From NCBI GenBank assembly GCA_963704645.1, contig OY969926.1, positions 1,208,641-1,272,640 of the forward strand: 64,000 nt of DNA. Direction: 5' to 3'. Source of the DNA: an uncultured bacterium. GTDB lineage: Bacteria > Patescibacteriota > JACMRA01. Both the position numbers and the translations under genes were made by a program. The stretch's first letter is position 1; every line of letters begins with the position of its first letter. This document shows, piece by piece, positions 30,800 through 40,500 of the stretch. The notes under the pieces are model-generated. The model had not been told where the DNA came from. It ran no database searches and saw nothing but the letters and a program-made list of their open reading frames with translations.

Positions 30800-30885
30800 T
30801 TTTTTATTTACGAAATGTTACTATTTATATTCACAATAGTTTTAAATTATTTATCAAGCCCTAGACAATATTTTTAAGTAGTCAG

Positions 30886-32010
30886 ATGTTCATTATCATG
30901 AAACAAAACATTTTTCTTTTAGCTGGAAGAACAGGTGGACCGCTTTTGCCAATTCTGGCTGTTGCAAAAAATTTACAAAATGTTGAGCCAATAATTTTAG
31001 GAATCCAAGGTGGTTTTGAAGAAAAAGTTGCTGAACAAAACAACTATCAAATTCATTTTCTACCCGAGGCCAAATTTGGTTTTTTAAGTTTTAAAAAGAA
31101 AGGTATATCAGATTTTTTACTTGGAATTTGGGATGCAATTCTAGCTATTATAAAATTAAAGATTGCTTTTATAAAATCAGTTTATTTATTATTAAAATAT
31201 AAACCAAAATTAATATTAAACGCAGGAAGTTTTCTAGCTGTTCCGGTAATATTTGCAACTCAGTTGACTAACTTTTTAAGACTAACCAAAACTAAAATTG
31301 TTATACATCAACAAGACCCTTTACCAGGACTTGCTAATAATTCAACAATAAAATTTGGAGATGTAAACACAGCAGTTTTTGAATACACGAAAAACAATTT
31401 CCCAAAGTTTAAAAATGTGGAAATTATTCCTAATCCTGTTAATTTTGAAGCTTTTGACGAAGCAAGCCAGCGTGACTGGAAAGATGGAAAACTTGAAAAT
31501 TTCTTCAACCAAGTTTCTAAACCAATTTTTCTAATTTTTGGAGGTGGAAGTGGCTCGCTGGATATTAACAATTGGGTTGTAAACAATTCAGATAATTTAC
31601 TTAAAAATTTTAAAATTATTCACTTAACAGGAGTGCTGCAAACCATAACCCTAAAGGAGATACAAGACCCAAGTTATTTAAGACTAGATGCTGTTTTAGA
31701 AGATATGCCAAAACTATTACAAAGTGTAAATTTAGTTTTATGCAGGGCTGGAATGGGTTCAATAACCGAGCTAGAATATATAGGAAAAAATTCTTTTCTA
31801 GTTCCATTGCCTAACTCTCATCAGGAAGTTAATGCCCAACAGGTTAAAGACAAATTTATTATTTTGGAGCAGAAGAATATGGATACTTGGTTGGAAACTA
31901 TTTTAGAAGACTTTCCTTCAAAATTCAAAAAAATAGAATCAAATCATCAAGCAGAAATTAAAGAAAAATTACAACACTATTTCCAAAAAATTCAAAGTTT
32001 GTTAGATTAG
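30886..32010 (+). CDS. murG: MurG-like GT28 glycosyltransferase
   Basis: AGRTGGPLLP, HQQDPLPGLAN, PNPV, FGGGSGS, CRAGMGSITEL and HQEVNA. The start may be at 30898. Confidence 0.8.
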   Translation: MFIIMKQNIFLLAGRTGGPLLPILAVAKNLQNVEPIILGIQGGFEEKVAEQNNYQIHFLPEAKFGFLSFKKKGISDFLLGIWDAILAIIKLKIAFIKSVYLLLKYKPKLILNAGSFLAVPVIFATQLTNFLRLTKTKIVIHQQDPLPGLANNSTIKFGDVNTAVFEYTKNNFPKFKNVEIIPNPVNFEAFDEASQRDWKDGKLENFFNQVSKPIFLIFGGGSGSLDINNWVVNNSDNLLKNFKIIHLTGVLQTITLKEIQDPSYLRLDAVLEDMPKLLQSVNLVLCRAGMGSITELEYIGKNSFLVPLPNSHQEVNAQQVKDKFIILEQKNMDTWLETILEDFPSKFKKIESNHQAEIKEKLQHYFQKIQSLLD

Positions 32011-32122
32011 AATTAAGGTTTGGTGGGTGTAATTCTTTTTTGTAAATACAAGTACTTTTTTCCAATTAGCATTATTAAATATAAGGTGGAAAATAATTTG
32101 GATAGTACTGACACAAAATCCC

Positions 32123-32150
32123 TAATGGAGACACGGAGGTCTCCGCTACA
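32123..32150 (-). repeat. GTAG-type REP-like palindrome
   Basis: Minus strand reads TGTAGCGGAGAC-CTCCGT-GTCTCCATTA, with the same ends as the element at 41767. Confidence 0.6.
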
Positions 32151-32174
32151 TAAACTATTTATATTATAAACTAT

Positions 32175-32645
32175 ATGCCCTACTCTATTCAAAATTTGAT
32201 TGATGATTTAACTCAGTTTGGGCTTAATAGCCAAAGCTTCGTGTTGAACCAAAATAAAATTCAGGTACCAAGTGTTACCGATTCTAATTTTCAGTTTAGA
32301 CTTACTTTTGAAGTTACAGAAAAGATAATTTTAGTTTCTACTACTCGGTTAATTGGAAGTTTGGAAACTGGAAGTTTGCCTTTTTATTTACAGGCCATGG
32401 ATACAATTAATGGAACCAAAATTTTTATTAATCCAAACGATAGTTTAAACAGAGACAACAACTGGATTTTAGAAATGGGTTTTGAAATGTTTACAGAAAC
32501 CTTTCACCAGAACGACTTTTTCTTAAGGTTAGATATGCTGTTTTATAACATTGATAAGCTTTTAACTCTGGCATTAGATGAGGAAATTGTAACTATAAAT
32601 GTGTTAGCCCAAAACCCAAATGCTTGCACAGCAGAACAGGTTTAG
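32175..32645 (+). CDS. Hypothetical protein (possibly YbjN/T3SS-chaperone-like fold)
   Basis: 156-aa acidic alpha/beta ORF; the fold guess is weak. Confidence 0.65.
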   Translation: MPYSIQNLIDDLTQFGLNSQSFVLNQNKIQVPSVTDSNFQFRLTFEVTEKIILVSTTRLIGSLETGSLPFYLQAMDTINGTKIFINPNDSLNRDNNWILEMGFEMFTETFHQNDFFLRLDMLFYNIDKLLTLALDEEIVTINVLAQNPNACTAEQV

Positions 32646-32704
32646 TTAGTTGCGTGCATTGCAATCTTGACAAAGGAAAAACATGAAAACATGCTTAGAA
32701 AGAT

Positions 32705-32778
32705 AGGGGTATAGTTAAATGGTATAACATAGGTCTCCAAAACCTGTGTCGTGGGTTCGATTCCTACTACCCCTGCCA
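32705..32778 (+). tRNA. trnW: tRNA-Trp (CCA)
   Basis: Acceptor stem AGGGGTA/TACCCCT-G-CCA, anticodon loop CT-CCA-AA and T-loop GGTTCGATTCC. Confidence 0.97.
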
Positions 32779-32798
32779 AAGCTAAGTTATTGCTAACA

Positions 32799-33809
32799 AT
32801 GCCACCCATTTCTGATATTTTAAAATTTTTTAGTGGTTTTGTTAGTTTGGTCTTAGGGGTTTTTAACACAAATAGAGTTTATATTAAATTAATAGATTCT
32901 GATAATATAAATATAATTAAAGGTTCAAAGATTTATCCTAATTACAGTCATTCAGGATACGATTTTGCCTATCTAGATTTTCAAATACAAAATACATCTG
33001 ACACACAATTAAATATTTCCAATTTAGAAATAAATATTGGTAAGGCAGACTTAAATTATAGGCCTATTTTAGATTTATCTTATTCAGGCTATAATTGTTT
33101 ATATTCTCAGTCTCCAAACAATGTATGGCACGATCTTGAATTTCAGTTTCTCAATAGTTCAATTTATGAATTAAATGAATTAAAAGTTGAAATAATATCA
33201 AGAAAAAACAAAAAATTACATATACTTTTAGCCAACAATGTAAAGACAATAAACAAGATTAAAAGTGGTGAGAAAATTAATGTTAAACTGTTAACGAAAA
33301 ATGACATTTACACCGATATAATCTTTAATTTATATGAGAATTTTAGAGGTGTTAAAATTGTAAGTTTGTTATTAAAGATTTCATACAAAGTAGACAATAA
33401 AATTGGCGTTATTAAACTAACACTACCTTTTGAAAATGAAAAAACAAGGAAAGATTTAGGTTTGTACTTAGAAAGAGACATTGGATTCGTTAACTATACA
33501 ATTCAAAGAGGTGCAGGAGGTCCATTTAGTAACAGCGGCACTTTAGATATGGATAAAATAAAATATATAAATTCTAAACAAACACATTCTTTCTCACTAA
33601 AAGAAACTGTACCAGCAAAATCTACTAAAAATATTGCCTTTTATCTAGCAATGCCGAAACCTGTAATTATGGAAAATGTTGATTTTAAGTTTACAGGGGT
33701 AAAACACAATAGGCTAAAATTTAATATCGAAACTAATTTTAGACATTATTGTTATGAACAAATATTTAATCGGTTGGATCCAAAAATAACTAAAGGAGTT
33801 TTAAAGTAA
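32799..33809 (+). CDS. Hypothetical protein with an N-terminal hydrophobic segment, very AT-rich
   Basis: ATG at 32799 (MPPISDILKFF), immediately after the tRNA. The GTG start in the ORF track lies inside the tRNA. Confidence 0.7.
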   Translation: MPPISDILKFFSGFVSLVLGVFNTNRVYIKLIDSDNINIIKGSKIYPNYSHSGYDFAYLDFQIQNTSDTQLNISNLEINIGKADLNYRPILDLSYSGYNCLYSQSPNNVWHDLEFQFLNSSIYELNELKVEIISRKNKKLHILLANNVKTINKIKSGEKINVKLLTKNDIYTDIIFNLYENFRGVKIVSLLLKISYKVDNKIGVIKLTLPFENEKTRKDLGLYLERDIGFVNYTIQRGAGGPFSNSGTLDMDKIKYINSKQTHSFSLKETVPAKSTKNIAFYLAMPKPVIMENVDFKFTGVKHNRLKFNIETNFRHYCYEQIFNRLDPKITKGVLK

Positions 33810-33884
33810 ATGGGTCAATAGTATGACCAGAAATGCCTATTTAAAGGGGCAATCTACGGTAAATATTTAGAAATAGAAAAATTA

Positions 33885-34941
33885 GAGTTAATAACCAAAA
33901 ACTATCACTTAAAAACTCCACTTCTGTTGATTAAATAGATATATTATGGCATAATAACTTAAACACTCCAAGTTTTTGTATGTCTAGACACTGTATTTTC
34001 TGTTATTCAATTGAAGTTATTAAGAAAGGAAAACAGTCTGGAAGACAGAAATATTTCTGTAGAAATTGTAACAAATACTTTCAATCCAAACCTCAAAAAT
34101 CTCGTAAGGTTGATTCTATTGTTAATGCCTTAACTTTTAAAAAAATTACTCAGATTTAGATCTAAATAATAAGACTGTTCGTAAAATTGTAGATGAATAT
34201 GAAGTTAAATTTACTCAGGTAGAGCCAAGTATAATTAACCTAGTCTGTGACTGTACCTTCTTTAGAAAAAGAAAAGATAAAGATGGTTTAATAATATTCT
34301 TTGATTCAATTACAGGAAAAGTATTATGGCATAAGTTTATACAATCTGAAACTAAGTCTAATTATTTAGAAGGATTAAACTACATACTCCAGAAGGGTTT
34401 TAAAATACAATCTGTAACCTTAGATGGAAGAAAAGGTATTCCAGAGGTATTTAGAGATTATCCAGTCCAAATATGTCAGTTTCATATACAAAAGAGAATA
34501 AGCACTTTAATTACAAAGAATCCTAGAACAATAGCTGGAAAAGAACTTAACCAAATAAATAACTTATTCATTAAAAACAAATTAACAGAACAGAGATTAG
34601 GTAAAACTCTGGCTTTATACACAAAAAGAAACCAAGACTTTCTAAGCCAAAGAAATGAACAAGGACAATACCTACATAGTAGAATAATTACAGCTTTAAA
34701 AACATTCAAAAGAAATATGAATAGATTGTTTGCTTTTCAAGAATACCCAACTCTTAATATCCCTAATACAACCAATCATATTGATGGAGGAATAAATACT
34801 AAATTAAAAGATTTAAATAGAAGGCATAGAGGAATGAGACAAGATAGAAGGAATAAACTTCTCACCAATTTATTGTATAATTTGAAGGGCGAAAAGGTTA
34901 GAAATATATAATTTCAGGTGATAGTTTTTGGTTATTAACTC
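33885..34941 (+). mobile_element. IS256-family (variant Zn-binding type) insertion sequence, 1057 bp
   Basis: Perfect 24-bp terminal IRs GAGTTAATAACCAAAAACTATCAC (33885-33908 and 34918-34941). An 8-bp target duplication AAAAATTA lies at 33877-33884 and 34942-34949. Confidence 0.93.
33980..34911 (+). pseudogene. Transposase with one frameshift at the A7 run near 34139-34145
   Basis: MSRHCIFC..QKYFCRNC zinc ribbon, then in the -1 frame NLVCDCTFF..VTLDGRKG..VQICQFH..IPNTTNHIDG. Confidence 0.85.
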
Positions 34942-35107
34942 AAAAATTAGTAAGAGAAATAAATTAGCAATGAAAGACGCTTTGTCCTTTATCTATAAGT
35001 ATTAATAGATAATAGTGTAGACAAAAAGTTAAGTTTAAAAATGCCAAGTTTTACAAATTAAATTAATAATTTTGAATAGAAATTGGATAATTATTTATAC
35101 AGGCCAG

Positions 35108-35848
35108 TTATACTTTACTACAATCCCATTCATCAATAAACCCTTTTTTAAAGTATGCTAAAGTACTGGGACTTACATAGTCTACCCCAATTTTTGGATT
35201 GTTAATTTGATCTTCATAGTATAGTATACTTTTAGCCAGATTTTCTTCGCAGATTTTAATTCTTTCTTCTTTTGGTAGAGCATTAAAGGCTGCTGTATTT
35301 TTATCCAACTGTTCATTTTTAGCTTGTTCAGCTAGTACTTTTTGTAGTTTATCTGGAGGTAGGTTTAGGCCTGGATCGTTAACAATATTTACTTTGTCAG
35401 GATTTTGTTTATACACATCATATTTTTTAGCTATTTCTATTGCGTTCTCATAAGTATAGGTTATGGAATAAGATATTATTGATTCTTGAACTGTAAATTC
35501 AAATAGGCCTGTTCTTTTAAGATAAAATGTTTCCCATTGCACTCTTGATACATTTGCAGGTGTTAGCTCTTTTAAAAGAACAAACGTTGTAACAGGATTC
35601 ATTAAATCATATTTTGTTAAGACAAACTGCTTTTTAGAATTATTTTTTATTGCAAATTCAGTTACAGTTCCTGCCCTTCTTGAGTCTCCCTTTTCCCAAT
35701 ATTTCATTGTGGCATCTTGTATTTTAGAAACATCATATTGGTATGCAAAGTAACCTCCTATCGCTACAATAGCTATTAAGGAGAGTATTGAGATTATTAA
35801 GTTTTTTCTTGTGATTAGTTTGGTGATTGTTGTTTTAAACATAATCAT
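35108..35848 (-). CDS. Membrane-anchored protein, paralog of 37058-37582 (immunity-like array)
   Basis: N-terminal TM; KYDLMNP..LKRTGLFEFTVQ..AIEIAKKYDVYKQNPD. The ATG at 35848 lies 1 nt after the stop of the upstream fragment. Confidence 0.8.
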   Translation of the reverse strand: MIMFKTTITKLITRKNLIISILSLIAIVAIGGYFAYQYDVSKIQDATMKYWEKGDSRRAGTVTEFAIKNNSKKQFVLTKYDLMNPVTTFVLLKELTPANVSRVQWETFYLKRTGLFEFTVQESIISYSITYTYENAIEIAKKYDVYKQNPDKVNIVNDPGLNLPPDKLQKVLAEQAKNEQLDKNTAAFNALPKEERIKICEENLAKSILYYEDQINNPKIGVDYVSPSTLAYFKKGFIDEWDCSKV

Positions 35849-35849
35849 A

Positions 35850-36236
35850 TTACCCGCACTTGGCGTTATCAATTACATATTTGATTGAATCTAAATTGGT
35901 CTTATCAGTTTTATTTCCTTCAAAATCTTGTCCATTTAAAGTTGCTTGATACAAAGCTTTTTGTCTTTCAATTTGCTGTAAACATACCTTCTGTTTTTCT
36001 ACTTCAGATAAATTATTAAAGTTGTTTTGCTCTCGCTCTTCATTTAATCTGTTCTGTAGATCTAAATTGGCATCTTCAATTTCTTTTTGAGTTGGAGAAA
36101 TCCTATTTGTAATTTTAGAAGTATCAGGGTTATTTGTATTGATATTAAATTGTTTAACTAACTCTACAACTCTATCAAAGTCTAAACCAGTAGTAGGGTT
36201 TTGGTTGTCAGTTTGAACTTTCCAATTATTTGATTT
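35850..36236 (-). pseudogene. 5'-truncated paralog of the 35108 gene (not in the ORF track)
   Basis: A start-less open frame KSNNWKVQ..RVVELVKQFNINTNNPD..FNNLSEVEKQKVCLQQI..NAKCG* aligns with AIEIAKKYDVYKQNPD..FNALPKEERIKICEENL. Confidence 0.75.
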
Positions 36237-36277
36237 CTATACTAATTAAAGAATTTAAATTCTATATCTTCGGTTTT

Positions 36278-37012
36278 TTAAAATGAATTTTCATTATTTT
36301 GAATCATATTTACAGCGAAATTAGCATAGTAAACAAAGCCTTCTTTTCTTTCCCCTTTTGAATTTTGACTAGCTATATCGTCATAATATGGAGCAAATAG
36401 TAGAAATTTATCTGAATTACTTTCAACTTTGGTAGATTTGCTTATATAATTCAACAATACATCCCTATCTGCTAACCTATAGTTTACAAGCTTTTCATTA
36501 AAAGGCTTTACTTGCCCCAGCTCAATATTATGTGTGGGAATAGGATCGTCCATTATTATTACCTGACCTTGAGCGAATCCAGGTGTAATAAAATCATAAT
36601 TATATAATGAATTCAGACACTCTTTTAAGGTTGGCTGATACACAAAACCAAGCTTTAAACCATTTACTTTCCAATCTAAGCTAAATATATTTTCACGACT
36701 TACTTGTACATATGCAAACCTAACAACACTCAATCCTACACCTAGCTGATAGCCATTAAAAACCACAACATAAGTACTTTTCAATGGATTTAGCCTGTCC
36801 TTTTCAGTATCTTTTGTGAAAATTTCATTTGGCAGTGATTTATCTATTTGGCTTCTAAGTTCATTAAAATTTATATGTTCAGAATTTTCTATATAGACAA
36901 ACTCATTATTAATAGTTGAATTAACGGCATTTATTTTAGGTAGGAACACAGCCAGGAAAATAATTAATCCACAAAGGATTGTGTTGGAAATATATTTTAA
37001 GAGTTTTTTCAT
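36278..37012 (-). CDS. Membrane-anchored/secreted protein, divergent member of the same array
   Basis: N-terminal TM; DRLNP..YVQVSRENIFSLDWKV resembles DMINP..ITLKRTSLFSFEV. Confidence 0.75.
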   Translation of the reverse strand: MKKLLKYISNTILCGLIIFLAVFLPKINAVNSTINNEFVYIENSEHINFNELRSQIDKSLPNEIFTKDTEKDRLNPLKSTYVVVFNGYQLGVGLSVVRFAYVQVSRENIFSLDWKVNGLKLGFVYQPTLKECLNSLYNYDFITPGFAQGQVIIMDDPIPTHNIELGQVKPFNEKLVNYRLADRDVLLNYISKSTKVESNSDKFLLFAPYYDDIASQNSKGERKEGFVYYANFAVNMIQNNENSF

Positions 37013-37057
37013 TAGGCTAATTTAATTTTAAGAATTAATTTTAATTACTGTATTTTG

Positions 37058-37582
37058 CTATTTACTTTCTGAACTACCTTGGCTTGGAATAGTAACACCT
37101 TCTGAACCTACATATTGTCTGCCTGAAGAGGGCTGAAGTGTAGCAAAAACTGTAATATTGGCAGGATCAGGGTTTTCTTTAGAAAGATCGTACTTTTGAG
37201 CAATGGATACGGCTTCGGAGAAGGGCTTTTTTACTTCAAAAGGAGTGTATGATTCAACTTCAAAACTAAAAAGTGAGGTTCTTTTAAGAGTAATTAATTC
37301 GATATAGGAGTATTCTTGGTTGTTTGAATATATTAAGCAGTATTTAGGATTAATCATATCAAAAGTTGTAAATACTATTTCAGATCTAATACCATTTTCT
37401 GAGTAAGTACTCCAACCACCCTTTATTTTACTGTTTGAGTCTGAAGATAACTTTACCCCATTATTTATTTCATCAATTATACTAGTTTTTGGAATAGTAT
37501 AAACCGGTAAAATAGCTAAAAGAATTATAGCAAATATTACTATAAATGCTATAAGTGTAGGGATGATTTTTGATTTGTTCAT
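37058..37582 (-). CDS. Membrane-anchored protein translationally coupled to the upstream hydrolase
   Basis: ATG 1 nt after the stop of 37584-41150; TM; FDMINP..LKRTSLFSFEVE..AVSIAQKYDLSKENPD. Confidence 0.8.
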   Translation of the reverse strand: MNKSKIIPTLIAFIVIFAIILLAILPVYTIPKTSIIDEINNGVKLSSDSNSKIKGGWSTYSENGIRSEIVFTTFDMINPKYCLIYSNNQEYSYIELITLKRTSLFSFEVESYTPFEVKKPFSEAVSIAQKYDLSKENPDPANITVFATLQPSSGRQYVGSEGVTIPSQGSSESK

Positions 37583-37583
37583 A

Positions 37584-40500
37584 TTATTTGGAAATGAATG
37601 TTTTTTGAAGGAGACCTGAATTTAGGAGTACTAAATCACTTTGCAGTTTGCTCACGTCTGCTCTCCCTCCATCAATCTCAGCAAAGTCTGTGAAAGCTGA
37701 AAAGTTTTGGTCGTAGGTATCTTTCTTGGAAAGTTGTATTACTGGTTTGTTGTTCTTGCTCACTATTTGGTATCTGTAATTAATACTATTTGGGCCTGAA
37801 GTTATTAATCCTATTCTTTCACTGTCGGCAGAGAAGTTAGGAATATTAGTTATATAAATTGGAAAACCTTTTAACCAATATTCTGTAAGTTCACTAACTC
37901 TAGGTGTTTTACCAACTAAGTTTATTCTATTGTTTTGTAAATAGGCTAGATATTGAATGTTACTATCTTGAGTGGCATAAATCATTCCATTTACATCTAT
38001 TGGGTAAACATCATCTATTAGCCTTGTTCTTGTAAATGTTCCTGCTGCTGTATTGTTTATGGCTAGAAGGCCATTTTGTATTCTTCTATCTCTATACATA
38101 CTGGTTATACTTTTTACTACACTTCCGTGGGCTGGGCAAACCGCAGTTGTATCATTTTGCTCTGGAAGGTATACTTGGTAAGCTTCATTTGCTGTGGTTG
38201 TAAAGGCATAGCTTCCACAAATTGATCCACTTAAATAGCCTCTTCCAACGTAGGCAACTGTTCTTTGAGCCCTGCTTGCAAATGAATTGAATATTCTACC
38301 TGTCACATCGTTAGTGGTAAATTGACCTATTGGAGCTGTGCTTCTTGGAGGGTCTAGAGCAATTAGCAGTTTAGCTTGGTTGCCAAATTGTGAACTAATT
38401 TCAGCAGACATTATTGTTCCCATAGAATGGCCCATTAAAAATAGTTTGTCTTTGTTAGTAAATCCCCAATCTGTTAGTTTCTTTTTTATTTGAATAGCAG
38501 TTGGTTCAATCCATTTATCTGTATCTGTTGGGTTTGCAAGACCAGAATTAGCTCCTTGGCTCCAATCTAGGGTAAGTACAATATCTTCAGTTCCATTAAC
38601 CTCTTTGGTGTTTTGAATTATGGCTGAGGCTAAATCAGTCATATTATCCCTACTATTATTCATCCCATGACTAACAATCCAAACATTTCTGTTTTGACCT
38701 GAAGTTGAATAACTAGCTTTAAGGTTAGCAGAGTTTCCAGTTATATTAGGATTCTCTATTCGAAGATTGGCTGAGGTATAATTATTGTACCCATCATTCA
38801 CCGTAAAGTTCTGTTCAATAATATTAGAGTAACTGTAGGTTATCCACCTACTTCCCCCTGCTACAGTGGTAATGTTACCTGCTTTATCTTTAACAGTAAT
38901 AGAAAGTTCAATATCTTGGCTTCCTGTATTGTATTTAGAAAGTTTGGTTAAATCTAAGTTGGCAGAATACAATGGAATTCCACCTGTGTTGTATGATGTT
39001 CCTAAATACTTTAAGGAATTATCGTAGTAAGCAAAGAAGTCTACACTGGCTATTCCAGATTGAATTGCTCCTTGATCATACGGGTTAGCTGTTACTGTAA
39101 AACTATTTCCCACCACACCCATATAGTTTACTCCTGGTGGAGGATTGGTTATATAACCTGCAGGAGGAGTTTTATCCGTATACTCCCACCGAAGTGCAAA
39201 AGCTGCCTGCCCACCATCTTCCCGAAACTTAACTTGAAGAAGATACCAACCTTCAGTAAGATATCTGTCTGTTCGAGTTTCAGAACAACACCCAGACTGA
39301 TTAATTATCCTAGTTCCATCCAATATAATTTCAGTTCCGTCATCAGCCTTAGAAATAAAGGTATATGTACTTGCTGGGAAATAATGCATTTTAGTAAAGT
39401 AACCAGAGAAGTTATCTGCTGGAAGGGAGCTTATTCCTGAAGGTGAGTTTAGGTAAGTTCCTGAAAAAGAATTTATTCCTCCTTTAGTTAAGTTTACTGT
39501 AGGATTATTATTCCCCCAATTATCATCCCAAAAGTCCCCTGCTCTAGTTACTGGTTTTACAGGTATACCTGTTTGGAATTTATTTGGGTAGAATTCTACG
39601 CACCAGTCTGAAAAGTTATTGTTGGTTTTACAAGCTAGTTCCCAAGATAAGCTTAGTTTAGCACTTCCTGTTTTTTCTTGGTAATATACTTCCATTATGT
39701 GCCAACCTGTTGGTAGATCTATTCTGGTGTCTGTATCTGCAGCTGGGTTTTCCCATTTATCTAAAATTAGGTTTCCATTAATAACTAATTTCATTCCATC
39801 GTCGTAACCTGTATAGAATTTGTAATGACCTGAATCAAACCATTGTTTTTTACTAAATTTAGCTGAGAAGTAGTCTGAAGGAGTTATTCCTCCAGGGTTT
39901 CCATAACCCCAGTCTTTATTAATGTAATCTGTTCTTCCAAGTGAATCTCTAGAAGGATAATAGTTTTCAGAATAAGACATTATTCCAGAATAAGGATTAT
40001 TGTTGTAATATTGAGCACACCAGTTATCGTAGGGAAGGGCTGGGTAATTGCATTCATTGTATAAGGGAGTTCCTGTTATGGTAGCTGGTGCGAGCTGAGC
40101 TTGGCTCAGCGTCAGTTCCGGCCCGAGAGGTGTGGCAGTAGTTGTAGGAGAAGTTGTGGGAGACGAGGTAGCTGTGGTTTTTTGAGTAGGAAGTGTAGCG
40201 GAAGTAGTAGGTGCCAAAGTAGCGGAGACCCCCTGGCCTCCAGAGGCATTGGGTTTTGAGATAGGCGTAGAAGAAGCAATCGGCATCGTAGGGGAGAATC
40301 TTGATTCTCCTTGGATGGTAGGGGTATTAATTACCGGTGTTACAGTGGGAACTTGGGGAAGTGTTGGTGTAGGTATTGTAGGCCTAACAGAATTTTGAGG
40401 CTCCGGTCTTTTCCATTCTTCTAGCCTCTTTTGTTTTTCTTCCTCGGTTATTGGAGTTGGTGTGACAGGTGGTTCTGGATTACTTGGAGGCTCAGGTTCG

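Noticed and set aside
34717-34911. 64-aa ORF as a separate gene
   Set aside because: It is the C-terminus of the frameshifted IS transposase.
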